Assembly: GCA_038248345.1 (NCBI GenBank)
Contig: JBBRXO010000048.1
Coordinates: 1-21,329, forward strand
Direction of reading: 5' to 3'
From: Armatimonadota bacterium
GTDB lineage: Bacteria; Armatimonadota; Hebobacteria; CAIYQO01
DNA length: 21,329 bases
Shown: piece after piece, positions 1 through 8,895 of the stretch
Layout of the letters: every line of letters starts with the position of its first letter
How positions within the stretch are numbered: position 1 is the stretch's first letter
The notes under the pieces: model-generated
The model's database searches: none
The model's input: the letters and a program-made list of their open reading frames with translations, nothing else
What the model was told of the DNA's origin: nothing
Made by a program: the position numbers and the translations under genes

Positions 1-2
1 CT

Positions 3-2939
3 CGTGCCTGGAGCAGGGGTGTTATATCCCGTGCTGCACTACCCGCAGTGTTGATTCTGCTGATACTGGCGATGGTGGCAGAGAGCATGTTCGCCGCCCG
101 GTCACGCATTGATCTGCGTGCGAGCGAGGGACGGAGCCTCGCCATGATGACGAATATCTCCGATGTCGTCGGCATAATACGGACGGATGGCATCATGGCC
201 TACAAAAGCCCGAATATCACCCACTTGTTTGGCTGGTTGCCGGAAGATTTGGTAGGCAAAAAAGGCTGGGACACTGTCCACCCGGATGATCTGGAACGTA
301 TACAGGGGGCATTTGGGAAATTGCTCCAGGCAGAAAATCTTTCCATGATGGTCGAGTACCGGTATAGATGCAAAGATGGCAGCTATAAATGGATTGAGTT
401 AACGGCCATAAATATCATCAATAATCCCGATATCAATGGCGTACTGTTGAATTACCATGATATCTCCAAGCGCAAGCAGGCACAGCTGGAATTGGCACGG
501 CTGAGTAACCAGAACGATATGATTCTGAATTCGGCAGGTGAAGGAATCTTAGGGCTGGATGCCCAGGGGAATCATATAGTAGTGAATCCCGCTGCACTAG
601 CTATGCTTGGCTATTCAGCGGAAGAGTTGATAGGTCGCAACAGTCACAACATTTTACATCACACAAAAACAGATGGCAGTCCATATCCGCGGGAAGATTG
701 TCCTATCAATGCTGCATTCCACGATGGCAAGGTACACCGGAAAAGTGATGAAATCTTCTGGCGCAAAGACGGTACTAGTCTCCCGATAGAGTTTGTCAGC
801 ACTCCGGTTTATGAAGACGGGGTAATAAGCGGGGCGGTGATAACCTTCTTCGATATTACCGAGCGGAAACGTGCCGAAGAGGGATTGCGCGAGATCAATG
901 TGGCCCTGGAAGCGCAAACACGGCTGGCCCAGGAGATGGCCGCGCAGGCACAATTGGCCAGTCGCGCCAAAAGTGAGTTCCTCGCCAACATGAGCCATGA
1001 GATCCGTACTCCGATGAACGGGGTCATTGGCATGACGGGATTGCTGTTGGAGACTGAGCTGTCTGATGAGCAGCGGCGTTACGCCGATACCGTGCGCACC
1101 AGTAGCGAATCACTCCTGGGGCTGCTCAATGATATCCTCGATTTCTCTAAGATTGAGGCCGGTAAGATGACTCTGGAGGCGCTGAATTTCGATTTGCAGA
1201 ACCTGTTGGAGGATTTCGCCAGCACGATGGCATTACGCGCGCAGGAGAAAGGGTTGGAGCTGCTCTGCAGTGTAGCGCCGCAGGTCCCCGTGTTGTTATG
1301 TGGCGATCCGGGACGGTTACGGCAGATTCTCTCCAATCTGGTGGGTAACGCTATCAAGTTCACCCACAAAGGTGAGGTAGCAATCCACGTCACCCTCGAT
1401 ACCGAGACAGATGGCGATGCATTACTGCGGTTCACCGTGCGCGACACCGGCATTGGTATCCCTCAAGATAAACTCGGCATCCTCTTTGATAAATTCACCC
1501 AGGCAGACACCTCCACCACGCGCAACTACGGCGGCACCGGGTTAGGGCTGGCCATCTGTAAGCAACTGAGCGAGATGGCGGGCGGCGAAGTAGGCGTCGA
1601 GAGTATAGTTGGCCGTGGCTCCGAGTTCTGGTTTACCGTACGGCTGGCTAAACAGTCCGTTAACACACCTGCGAAGACGCTCCTCCCGGCTGACTTGCAT
1701 GGAGTGCGCGTATTAATAGTTGATGATAATGCTACCAATCGGGAGATTCTTTATACTCGTATGGTTTCCTGGGGTATGCGCCCGACTGAAACGTCGAGTG
1801 GCCCGGCGGCGCTGGTGGCGTTGCAGCGGGCAGTGGATGAGGGCGATCCTTACCTGCTGGCGGTAATCGATATGCATATGCCCGATATGGACGGTGAAAC
1901 CCTCGGACACGCTATCAAGGAGAATACTCAACTTACTGATCTCCATATGGTGATGCTCACATCGCTGGGGACACGCGGGGATGCCGCGCACTTCGCGGAG
2001 ATTGGATTTGTCGGTTACCTCACCAAGCCTGCGCGACATCAGGAGTTATTTAACGTGCTCTCGTTAGCATTAGTTGATCAATGTGAAGTGCAACCGCAAC
2101 CTATCGTGACACGCCATTCAGCGCGCGACTTAATGTGTATATTCACGGGCAGCAAAGCACATATTCTGCTCGCCGAGGATAATATCACTAATCAGCAAGT
2201 AGCGCTGGGCATTCTCCGTAAACTGGGATTACGCGCTGATGCAGTGGCCAACGGAGCCGAAACGTTAGCGGCATTGGAAGCTATCCCCTACGATCTGGTA
2301 CTGATGGATGTACAGATGCCGGTGATGGACGGCCTGGAAGCCACTATGCTCATCCGCGACCAGAAAACGCCGGTCATTAACCATGATGTCGTTATCGTCG
2401 CCATGACTGCGCACGCGATGCAGGGGGACCGGGAAAAGTGTCTGGCTGCAGGTATGGATGATTACCTCACCAAACCGGTAACGCCACAGTTGCTAGCCGA
2501 CATGCTGGAGAAATGGCTGTTGATCAAAAATGACGGCTTTGGCAATAGCCGGGCGACGCGCACCCAGGCGCTCAAATCCGATGCGAATGAGCTACCGGTT
2601 TGGGATCAGCAAGCGATGCTGGATCGGCTCATGGGCGATGAAGAGCTGGCCAGTACGATAATGGAGGGATTTTTGGCGGATATAACTCAACAAATGGAGA
2701 TTCTAAAGGGGTATATTGAGAGTGGTGGTGCAGATGCTATCAAACGGCAGGCGCATGCCATCAAAGGTGCGGCAGCTAACGTTGGCGCCGAAAGATTGCG
2801 CGCCGTGGCGTTGAAAATTGAGAATATCGCATTGACTGGCGAGGTGGCTGTCGCTGGGGCGCTATTCTCCGAGCTGGACAAGCAGTTTGCCCGGTTACAA
2901 GAAGCGGTGGCGCACCACCGAACAAACGGGAAAGCATGA
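3..2939 (+). CDS. PAS-PAS hybrid sensor histidine kinase (HisKA-HATPase-REC-REC-Hpt), probably 5'-truncated by the window
   Basis: Two PAS-like segments ([17 protein letters not shown]). H-box [17 protein letters not shown]-box [11 protein letters not shown]-boxes DTGIGI and GGTGLGL. Receivers IVDDN..IDMHMP and LAEDN..MDVQMP; Hpt [12 protein letters not shown]. The frame is open from position 3, upstream of the GTG at 48. Confidence 0.95.
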   Translation, partial: RAWSRGVISRAALPAVLILLILAMVAESMFAARSRIDLRASEGRSLAMMTNISDVVGIIRTDGIMAYKSPNITHLFGWLPEDLVGKKGWDTVHPDDLERIQGAFGKLLQAENLSMMVEYRYRCKDGSYKWIELTAINIINNPDINGVLLNYHDISKRKQAQLELARLSNQNDMILNSAGEGILGLDAQGNHIVVNPAALAMLGYSAEELIGRNSHNILHHTKTDGSPYPREDCPINAAFHDGKVHRKSDEIFWRKDGTSLPIEFVSTPVYEDGVISGAVITFFDITERKRAEEGLREINVALEAQTRLAQEMAAQAQLASRAKSEFLANMSHEIRTPMNGVIGMTGLLLETELSDEQRRYADTVRTSSESLLGLLNDILDFSKIEAGKMTLEALNFDLQNLLEDFASTMALRAQEKGLELLCSVAPQVPVLLCGDPGRLRQILSNLVGNAIKFTHKGEVAIHVTLDTETDGDALLRFTVRDTGIGIPQDKLGILFDKFTQADTSTTRNYGGTGLGLAICKQLSEMAGGEVGVESIVGRGSEFWFTVRLAKQSVNTPAKTLLPADLHGVRVLIVDDNATNREILYTRMVSWGMRPTETSSGPAALVALQRAVDEGDPYLLAVIDMHMPDMDGETLGHAIKENTQLTDLHMVMLTSLGTRGDAAHFAEIGFVGYLTKPARHQELFNVLSLALVDQCEVQPQPIVTRHSARDLMCIFTGSKAHILLAEDNITNQQVALGILRKLGLRADAVANGAETLAALEAIPYDLVLMDVQMPVMDGLEATMLIRDQKTPVINHDVVIVAMTAHAMQGDREKCLAAGMDDYLTKPVTPQLLADMLEKWLLIKNDGFGNSRATRTQALKSDANELPVWDQQAMLDRLMGDEELASTIMEGFLADITQQMEILKGYIESGGADAIKRQAHAIKGAAANVGAERLRAVALKIENIALTGEVAVAGALFSELDKQFARLQEAVAHHRTNGKA

Positions 2940-3889
2940 ATATGCGAATATTGATTGCCGATGACGACCTCACCTCCCGTACCATGTTGGCTGCGGTGCT
3001 GAAAAAAAGCGGACACGAAGTAGTGGCAACCTCTAACGGTGCGGAAGCGTGGGAGGTAATGCAACACCCGGACGCTCCTCCGCTGGCCATCTTGGATTGG
3101 ATGATGCCAATGATGGACGGGCCAGAAGTATTGCGCCAGATACGTGCGCTGGAGCGAGATCAACCCTCAACCGAGATCGCCCCTCGGCCAACGGATCGCC
3201 CCTACTTGATAATGCTCACCTCCCGCGGGGAGAAGGATGACATCATCGCTGGCTTGAACGCGGGCGCGGATGATTACCTGGCAAAGCCATTTCATCCGGG
3301 CGAGTTGCGCGCACGGGTCGAGGTGGGCCGCCGTTTATTGGAGATGCAGGCCGAATTACTGGCGGCGCGGGATGCATTGGCATTTGAAGCCACGCATGAC
3401 CCGCTGACGGGGATATATAATCGTCGCGCTATCGAAGTCGCCCTTCACCGTGAACTCTCGCGTGAGCAGCGCAATCATGAGGGGTTGGCGGTGGCGATCT
3501 GCGATATAGACAAGTTTAAGAATGTCAACGACACCTACGGACACCTGGTCGGCGATGATGTGCTTTGTGGCTTTGTTGACCTGTTAGGTTCCCGACTCCG
3601 CGAGTATGATTTGCTGGGGCGCTTTGGCGGCGAGGAGTTTCTGGTGATCGCCCCGGGAATTAAAGACAGCGACATCGGGAAGCTGTTTGAAGCTTTGCGG
3701 AAGACCGTAGCTGATACCCCGATCTCCACACGCGATGGTGATGTAAATATCAGTATCAGTATTGGTGTACGGACGGTGCAAGAAAATGATACCATGGACA
3801 CTGTCCTCGCCGCTGCGGATACGGCGCTGTATCAGGCGAAAAGCGAAGGACGTAACCGTGTCTACCAGAGTGATGTGGGGGAGATTTAG
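2936..3889 (+). CDS. Response regulator receiver + diguanylate cyclase (REC-GGDEF)
   Basis: IADDD..LDWMMP..AKP receiver; DPLTGIYNRR, DIDKFKNVNDTYGH, I-site REYD and active site GGEEF. ATGA overlap with the kinase stop. Confidence 0.95.
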   Translation: MNMRILIADDDLTSRTMLAAVLKKSGHEVVATSNGAEAWEVMQHPDAPPLAILDWMMPMMDGPEVLRQIRALERDQPSTEIAPRPTDRPYLIMLTSRGEKDDIIAGLNAGADDYLAKPFHPGELRARVEVGRRLLEMQAELLAARDALAFEATHDPLTGIYNRRAIEVALHRELSREQRNHEGLAVAICDIDKFKNVNDTYGHLVGDDVLCGFVDLLGSRLREYDLLGRFGGEEFLVIAPGIKDSDIGKLFEALRKTVADTPISTRDGDVNISISIGVRTVQENDTMDTVLAAADTALYQAKSEGRNRVYQSDVGEI

Positions 3890-4512
3890 TGCGAGAATTG
3901 CATCAGTTATTTAAGAATAACCAGCTGTGGGTGGAGCAGATGACGCGGGAAGATCCGACCTTCTTCTCGCGTTTGGGTAATCAACATAGCCCCGAATATC
4001 TGTGGATCGGCTGTTCAGACAGCCGCGTGCCGGCGAATGAGATCACCGGCCTGCTCCCCGGTGAGTTATTTGTCCACCGTAATGTGGCTAATCTGGTCAT
4101 CCACACCGATATGAACTGCTTCTCGGTGATGCAATATGCGGTGGAAGTGCTGCAGGTAAAACATATCATCGTCTGCGGCCACTATGGCTGCGGCGGGGTG
4201 AAAGCCGCGCTGGAAACCCACCCGCACGGCCTTATTGATAACTGGCTCGGCCACCTGCGCGACGTCTACCGCAAGCACGCCGCTTCTTTGAAAGATATCT
4301 CGCCGAAAGAGCAGCAGCTGGATCGCCTCTGCGAGCTGAATGTAATCGAACAAGTGGAAAACGTCGTCCAGTCCACCGTAGTACAAGACGCGTGGCGTCG
4401 TCAACAACCCCTGTACATCCATGGCTGGATCTACGGCATGACCGACGGATTGCTGAAGGATCTGCTAGTCACCCAGGGCGGGGATGAACACTTCGATAGA
4501 GGGGATCGCTGA
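3889..4512 (+). CDS. can: Beta-class carbonic anhydrase
   Basis: Zn motifs CSDSR and HYGCGG, plus GELFVHRNVAN. GTG start overlaps the upstream TAG by 1 nt. Confidence 0.95.
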   Translation: MRELHQLFKNNQLWVEQMTREDPTFFSRLGNQHSPEYLWIGCSDSRVPANEITGLLPGELFVHRNVANLVIHTDMNCFSVMQYAVEVLQVKHIIVCGHYGCGGVKAALETHPHGLIDNWLGHLRDVYRKHAASLKDISPKEQQLDRLCELNVIEQVENVVQSTVVQDAWRRQQPLYIHGWIYGMTDGLLKDLLVTQGGDEHFDRGDR

Positions 4513-4518
4513 AAGACC

Positions 4519-4748
4519 GTAGCATAGGCGTCCCGCCCATGGGAACGGGGGCTCAATTCAGAGCCTCAGATTTCTGCTGGGACTAAAGTCCCGGCTGCGT
4601 GGCACTACGCGCCGGCCGTCCGCCTTCGCGGACTTTTCTGACCTAATGGTACAGTGCCCTTTAGGGTGCTTGCCGTTGTTAGCCACCTCCTTTAGGGGGT
4701 GGTAAAATCGCCGCAGCCCCGTTCTCATGGGCCGGACGCCCATGCTAC
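4519..4748. repeat. GTAG-type REP doublet (about 35-bp inverted arms) enclosing a second four-hairpin element
   Basis: gtagcataggcgtcccgcccatg (4519-4541) vs catgggccggacgcccatgctac (4726-4748): 21/23 complementary; pairing extends inward to 4553/4715. Inner hairpins at 4576-4595, 4618-4633, 4654-4669 and 4682-4703. Confidence 0.8.
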
Positions 4749-4813
4749 AGAACTTGCGCACTTTCCCCAAAACCTGATAACCTTAGTAGATACAGTCAAT
4801 GGGGGTAAAACAG

Positions 4814-5302
4814 ATGGCTTTACAGGGTTTCGTTCATCGCTATGGCGATCATATTGATACCGACGTTATCGTTCCGGCACGATTCTTGAATACTACCGAT
4901 CCTGCGGAGCTGGCGACGCATTGTATGGAGGACGCCAATGACGGGTTCATTGCACGTGTGAAGGCGGGCGATATCATCGTGGCGGGCGAGAATTTCGGCT
5001 GCGGCTCCTCGCGTGAGCATGCGCCGATCGCCATCAAGGCGGCGGGCGTCGCGGCGGTGGTGGCCAAGAGCTTCGCGCGCATCTTCTTCCGCAACGCTAT
5101 CAACCTGGGCCTGCCCATATTGGAATGCCCGGAAGCCGCCACCGATGCCGAGGCCGGTGACGAGATGAGCATTGAGCTGGAGACCGGCATCATCACCAAT
5201 ATCACCAAAGGCAAAAGCTACCAGTCCAGCGCCTTCCCTCCGTTCCTGCGGGAGATCATCGACGCCGGCGGGCTGGTGAACTTCGTAAAGAACAGCAAGT
5301 AG
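4814..5302 (+). CDS. leuD: 3-isopropylmalate dehydratase small subunit (LeuD/HacB type)
   Basis: GDHIDTDVIVPARFL, GENFGCGSSREHAP, SFARIFFRNAINLGL. ATG 4814 follows GGGGG; alternative ATG at 4799. Confidence 0.9.
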   Translation: MALQGFVHRYGDHIDTDVIVPARFLNTTDPAELATHCMEDANDGFIARVKAGDIIVAGENFGCGSSREHAPIAIKAAGVAAVVAKSFARIFFRNAINLGLPILECPEAATDAEAGDEMSIELETGIITNITKGKSYQSSAFPPFLREIIDAGGLVNFVKNSK

Positions 5303-5311
5303 GGGTTGTCC

Positions 5312-6010
5312 CTACAGCGCCCCTATCACCGCAGCGCATACCGCTGCCGGGTCATCTGCCTGGGTGATGGGGCGGCCCACGACGATGAAATCAGCGCCAG
5401 CGGCCACCGCAGCAGCGGGGGTGGCAGTGCGACGCTGATCATCAGCAACCCCGGTGTCCGGGCGGATTCCCGGGGTGATGACCAGGAAGTCCGGGCCGCA
5501 CGCGGCTTTAATGGCCGCCGCTTCCCGCGGGGAGGCTACCACACCGTCCAGCCCGGCCTGCTGCGCCAGCTTCGCCAACGCCACTACCTGCTCTTCCAGC
5601 GGGCGCGCCACGCCCATTTCGTCACGCAGCTCTTCGGGCGCCGTGCTGGTGAGCACTGTCACTGCTATGACTAGTGGACGCTGTGCCGCGGCCACAACAT
5701 GTGCCGCTTGCGCCGCCGCCTGCATCATGCGCAGGCCGCCGCTGGCGTGGACATTGATCATCTGCCCACCGCAATTGATGACACTGCGCACTGCCCCGGC
5801 TACCGTGTTGGGGATGTCGTGAAATTTGCCGTCCACAAATACCGAACAACCCAGCGCACGCAACTCATGTACCACCCCCGGCCCGGCGGACATCAGCAGT
5901 TCCAGCCCCACCTTCACCCACGGGCGTTGCGGCGCCAGCAACCGCGCCATAGCCAGCGCCGAGGCGGCATCGGGGTAGTCAAGAGCGACGATCAATTGTG
6001 GTGTTTTCAT
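5312..6010 (-). CDS. pyrF: Orotidine-5'-phosphate decarboxylase
   Basis: LIVALD, KVGLEL, DxKxxD motif DGKFHDIPNT, VTVLTS, TPGIRP, DQRR, VVGRPI. Confidence 0.96.
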   Translation of the reverse strand: MKTPQLIVALDYPDAASALAMARLLAPQRPWVKVGLELLMSAGPGVVHELRALGCSVFVDGKFHDIPNTVAGAVRSVINCGGQMINVHASGGLRMMQAAAQAAHVVAAAQRPLVIAVTVLTSTAPEELRDEMGVARPLEEQVVALAKLAQQAGLDGVVASPREAAAIKAACGPDFLVITPGIRPDTGVADDQRRTATPAAAVAAGADFIVVGRPITQADDPAAVCAAVIGAL

Positions 6011-6016
6011 AGCTGA

Positions 6017-6022
6017 ATTATA
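6017..6022 (-). promoter_or_regulatory. Putative -10 box (TATAAT) 6 nt upstream of the pyrF ATG; likely leaderless
   Basis: Minus strand reads TATAAT-tcagct-ATG with no Shine-Dalgarno. Confidence 0.55.
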
Positions 6023-6139
6023 ACTTATGTGGTGCGAGAAGGGAAGTAAATTTGTAACTGTTCAGAGTTAGTAGCCTCAGACCGATCTACCCAGATAAAT
6101 TTTCCACAAAATTAGAAAAGCAGCAGATTATGGGTTTAC

Positions 6140-6168
6140 CGTGGCATGGGGGAGACGCCCGTGCCACG
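6140..6168. repeat. Collapsed REP-like hairpin related to the 4519-4748 arms
   Basis: cgtggcatggg-ggagacg-cccgtgccacg; the end gacgcccgtgccac resembles gacgcccatgctac (4735-4748). Confidence 0.65.
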
Positions 6169-6281
6169 ATACTACGTTTAAAAAAAATCTCGAAATAATC
6201 TTTTTTCCATGTTAATAATCCCGAAATCTATGGAATATACATATTAGAAGAGATTCCCCTATCTTTTTACTTGTCTATGAA

Positions 6282-6332
6282 CAGCGGTTAAGCCGAATGC
6301 TCCTTGAGAAAGGACATTCGGCTTAACTGTTG
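6282..6332. other. Long stem-loop with a GNRA (GAGA) loop between divergent pyrF and greA
   Basis: cagcggttaagccgaatg(c)tcctt-GAGA-aaggacattcggcttaactgttg: 23 bp, one bulged C, two G-T pairs. Confidence 0.7.
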
Positions 6333-6490
6333 TCGCGTCCTTTCTGCTGTTCGATATTGCCATTTCCGCGGAAACACTGGACAGAAGTGCGTGAAGCTGG
6401 TATCGTAAGATATTCCGATGAGGGATAAGCCGTGTGCTTGTCAGCCTCGTCGGTTTTATCGTTATTTAGACATGCGCCGGAGGAGTCACT

Positions 6491-6967
6491 GTGGGATCTG
6501 TATTGCTCACCAAAATGGGAAGTAAGCTTCTGAACGAAGAGTTGCGGGATCTTATACATGTTCGTCGTCCCCAGGTGACGATCGACCTCGCGCAAGCGCG
6601 CGAATTCGGCGACATCAGTGAGAATGCCGAGTATGAGACCGCCAAACGCGACCAGGGGATGATCGAAGGGCGTATCCACGAATTGGAGAACCTGCTTTCT
6701 TCTTCTGAATTAATCTCCCTGCCCGACAACCTGGAACAGGCGACCCTCGGAGTTGTGTTGGAGATCGAAAATTTAGCCACCAATCAGCCGCGCAGATATC
6801 AGCTGGTCAGCGAGCAGGAAGCGCATCTGTCAGTAGATTACCTGTCAGTAACCTCCCCGCTGGGCAAATCCCTCATCGGCGCCAAAGCTGGCGAGACTGT
6901 AACCTTCAAAGCACCCGCTGGCACCCGCTCCTTCAAAGTGCTGGCAATAAGCTGTCCGACAGAGTAA
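6491..6967 (+). CDS. greA: Transcription elongation factor GreA
   Basis: AREFGDISENAEYETAK with the conserved acidic D/E, SVTSPLGKSLIG; GGAGGAG RBS before the GTG. Confidence 0.95.
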   Translation: MGSVLLTKMGSKLLNEELRDLIHVRRPQVTIDLAQAREFGDISENAEYETAKRDQGMIEGRIHELENLLSSSELISLPDNLEQATLGVVLEIENLATNQPRRYQLVSEQEAHLSVDYLSVTSPLGKSLIGAKAGETVTFKAPAGTRSFKVLAISCPTE

Positions 6968-7004
6968 CAATAGTAGCGGTTTTAGTGCCCGTCCCGTCCC
7001 GTTC

Positions 7005-7133
7005 GCCCAGCCGTGAACGACTGGGCTAGTGGGCTTCGCCGATCACCCTTCGGGTGGGAACGCTTTCCCTGAACCGTCCCGTCCGAAGGACGATTGGCCG
7101 TAGGCCTTCCAGCCTGGTCGTTCACGGCCAGGC
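7005..7133. repeat. Mirror-symmetric multi-hairpin REPIN/MITE-like element
   Basis: Outer hairpins 7005-7027 and 7111-7133, inner hairpins 7044-7056 and 7080-7092; each pair is an inverted copy. Confidence 0.8.
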
Positions 7134-7286
7134 CAGGGATGACCGGCTTATCACTAAATCCGATACTCCTTGGCGAAGCTCACGTTAGGTAACCCAGATA
7201 ATTCTGATTATTGTATCATTAATCCCCCACAAATCGTTCAAAGTATGTTAAAATTTCATATTACTTTAGTTCTAGGAGGGGTTGCT

Positions 7287-8729
7287 ATGAAATACAGGTA
7301 TCACCGAGTTGGTTTCACTGCCGTCGAGTTAATCGCGGTCATCGTCGCCATAGGCGCGCTTTTCTCCACGCTTTTCCCGACGTTATTCAATACCCCGAAG
7401 ACGCGCGCTACGCAGTGCATGAGTAACCTGCGGCAGTTGACTATAGCAGCATTAATGTACGCGCAGGAGCATGATGAAGCCATGCCGGGCGCTGACTGGG
7501 CGAAAGAAATGAGATCCGATTTCCGGGATACCGATATATTGATATGCTCGGAGGCGAAGGGAAATGTAGCCGCCCAAGGAGAGGACGCTCCGGTAAATTA
7601 CGGCTACAACGGAATGTTGGTAAAGACAAATGGCAAAGGGATGGAACTGGGGGATATCAGTGGTGATCCAACCAACATGCTCATGCTGAGCGATGCTGCT
7701 CCCGTTAAAACTATCAAGGCCCCTGGCGTGATAGGCGGTACATTTGGGCGTACCGATAATGTAGTGGAAGTCGCATATCGCCATACTGGGAAAGCGATAA
7801 TGGGGTTCCTTGACGGCCATGTAGAGTCGTCTGCGGCCGAACCAGATAGGAGAGATTATCGTATTCGGGTCAACCATGCCTATGCCAATCGCCTGGTATT
7901 GGATAATATCCCCAACTACGGTTCCTGCCTCACCACTCCGGTGGAGGTGGCAGACCCGCTGGGGCCGTGCATGGTGGGTGGTGACTTCTGCACCATACCG
8001 GTATTGCGTGCGGTGGCGGATGTGCTCAACCGGAAGCTGGCTGATGGGCATGAGAACAGTATCACCTATGGCACCTTCGCCGGGGAGCTGGCGGATGAAT
8101 ACCGCACCGGGGCCGTCGCCGAAGCTACAATTGTTGATAGTAGAGTGATCTGCGGCATCGGCTCAGACGTCCCGTCGCCCGGCATGGTAGCCATTGCGCG
8201 GGATGCCGTGGTGGTGATAAAGAATAGATCGAATAAAAATGTAGTGCCGGCAAATATGACGAGTGAAGAAGTGAGAACCTACTGGGCCAAACCGACAGGC
8301 CATACCATTACCTATGGACCAGCCAGCGGTACGCGGGCATTTTTCTATCAGAAGATCGGCTTGACTACTACATTTGATGACTCCAAAGCCACGCAGGTTG
8401 AGAATGAATATGCTATGGTGCGCATGGTCGCGAATGATCCCGAAGCTATCGGCTACTGCTCCGCCGCCTTCGTGGACCCGGAACAGGTAGAGATAATCGC
8501 GGTAGACGGCATCAGCTTCCCCAATCCAGACCCGAAAGCAAACAATGCCGACAAATACCTGTGGCCCACTGCCGCCCCCATCACCGCCTATCCCTACATG
8601 CGCACACTCTACGCCGGCGCCTCCGCCGAAGCGACAGAAGGAGCGAAGGACTTCATGGCCAAACTGCCGGCAGTACTCAAAGCCGTACAAAGCGGGCCGC
8701 TGTTCCGCACGAGCTATTTTTTGCCATAG
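7287..8729 (+). CDS. Prepilin-type N-terminal cleavage/methylation protein with DUF1559-like and H-X9-DG regions and a C-terminal PstS-like substrate-binding domain
   Basis: ATG 7287 after AGGAGG. G|FTAVE plus hydrophobic helix; CMSNLRQL..MYAQEHDE; H-TGKAIMGFL-DG; C-terminal IARDAVVVI, SGTRAFF, VANDPEAIGY, YPYMRTLY. Confidence 0.85.
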   Translation: MKYRYHRVGFTAVELIAVIVAIGALFSTLFPTLFNTPKTRATQCMSNLRQLTIAALMYAQEHDEAMPGADWAKEMRSDFRDTDILICSEAKGNVAAQGEDAPVNYGYNGMLVKTNGKGMELGDISGDPTNMLMLSDAAPVKTIKAPGVIGGTFGRTDNVVEVAYRHTGKAIMGFLDGHVESSAAEPDRRDYRIRVNHAYANRLVLDNIPNYGSCLTTPVEVADPLGPCMVGGDFCTIPVLRAVADVLNRKLADGHENSITYGTFAGELADEYRTGAVAEATIVDSRVICGIGSDVPSPGMVAIARDAVVVIKNRSNKNVVPANMTSEEVRTYWAKPTGHTITYGPASGTRAFFYQKIGLTTTFDDSKATQVENEYAMVRMVANDPEAIGYCSAAFVDPEQVEIIAVDGISFPNPDPKANNADKYLWPTAAPITAYPYMRTLYAGASAEATEGAKDFMAKLPAVLKAVQSGPLFRTSYFLP

Positions 8730-8748
8730 CGCGAAGCTGACCGGGGAG

Positions 8749-8849
8749 AACCACGAAGACACGAAGGCACGAAGAGGGAAATTTTCTCTGTGTTCTCCGT
8801 GGCCTCTGTGTTAATATTTTCTTTCCCCTCTTCGTGTCTTCGTGTCTTC
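8749..8849. repeat. Inverted pair of short-unit tandem repeats (CACGAAGR)n / (CTTCGTGT)n enclosing a CTCTGTG-type arm
   Basis: aaccacgaagacacgaaggcacgaagag (8749-8776), ctcttcgtgtcttcgtgtcttc (8828-8849), inner ctctgtgttctccgtggcctctgtgtt (8786-8812). Related copies at 21025-21052 and 20822-20839. Confidence 0.8.
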
Positions 8850-8895
8850 CCCGTAGTAAATGCTACAAGAACTTGCGCACTGCCTTCACACAAAC

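Noticed and set aside
4558..4770. 70-aa minus-strand ORF, and similar small ORFs over intergenic repeats (8714-8974, 20515-20847)
   Set aside because: They run through palindromic repeats or antisense to genes, with no coding signal.
6078..6233. Degenerate CAGAT/AATC periodic repeats around the 6140 hairpin and at 7191-7211
   Set aside because: Could be a further decayed repeat family, but too degenerate and AT-rich to support by eye.
6274..6338. Integron attC resemblance (AAGCCG...CGGCTTAAC)
   Set aside because: Lacks proper RYYYAAC/GTTRRRY ends and the extrahelical L-box base; no cassette ORF or integrase.
7170..7286. N-terminal extension of the prepilin ORF from the TTG at 7170
   Set aside because: The RBS and the short basic leader before GFTxxE point to ATG 7287.
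8749..8849. Possible CRISPR array
   Set aside because: Units are 8-9 nt, tandem and inverted, with no unique spacers and no cas genes.
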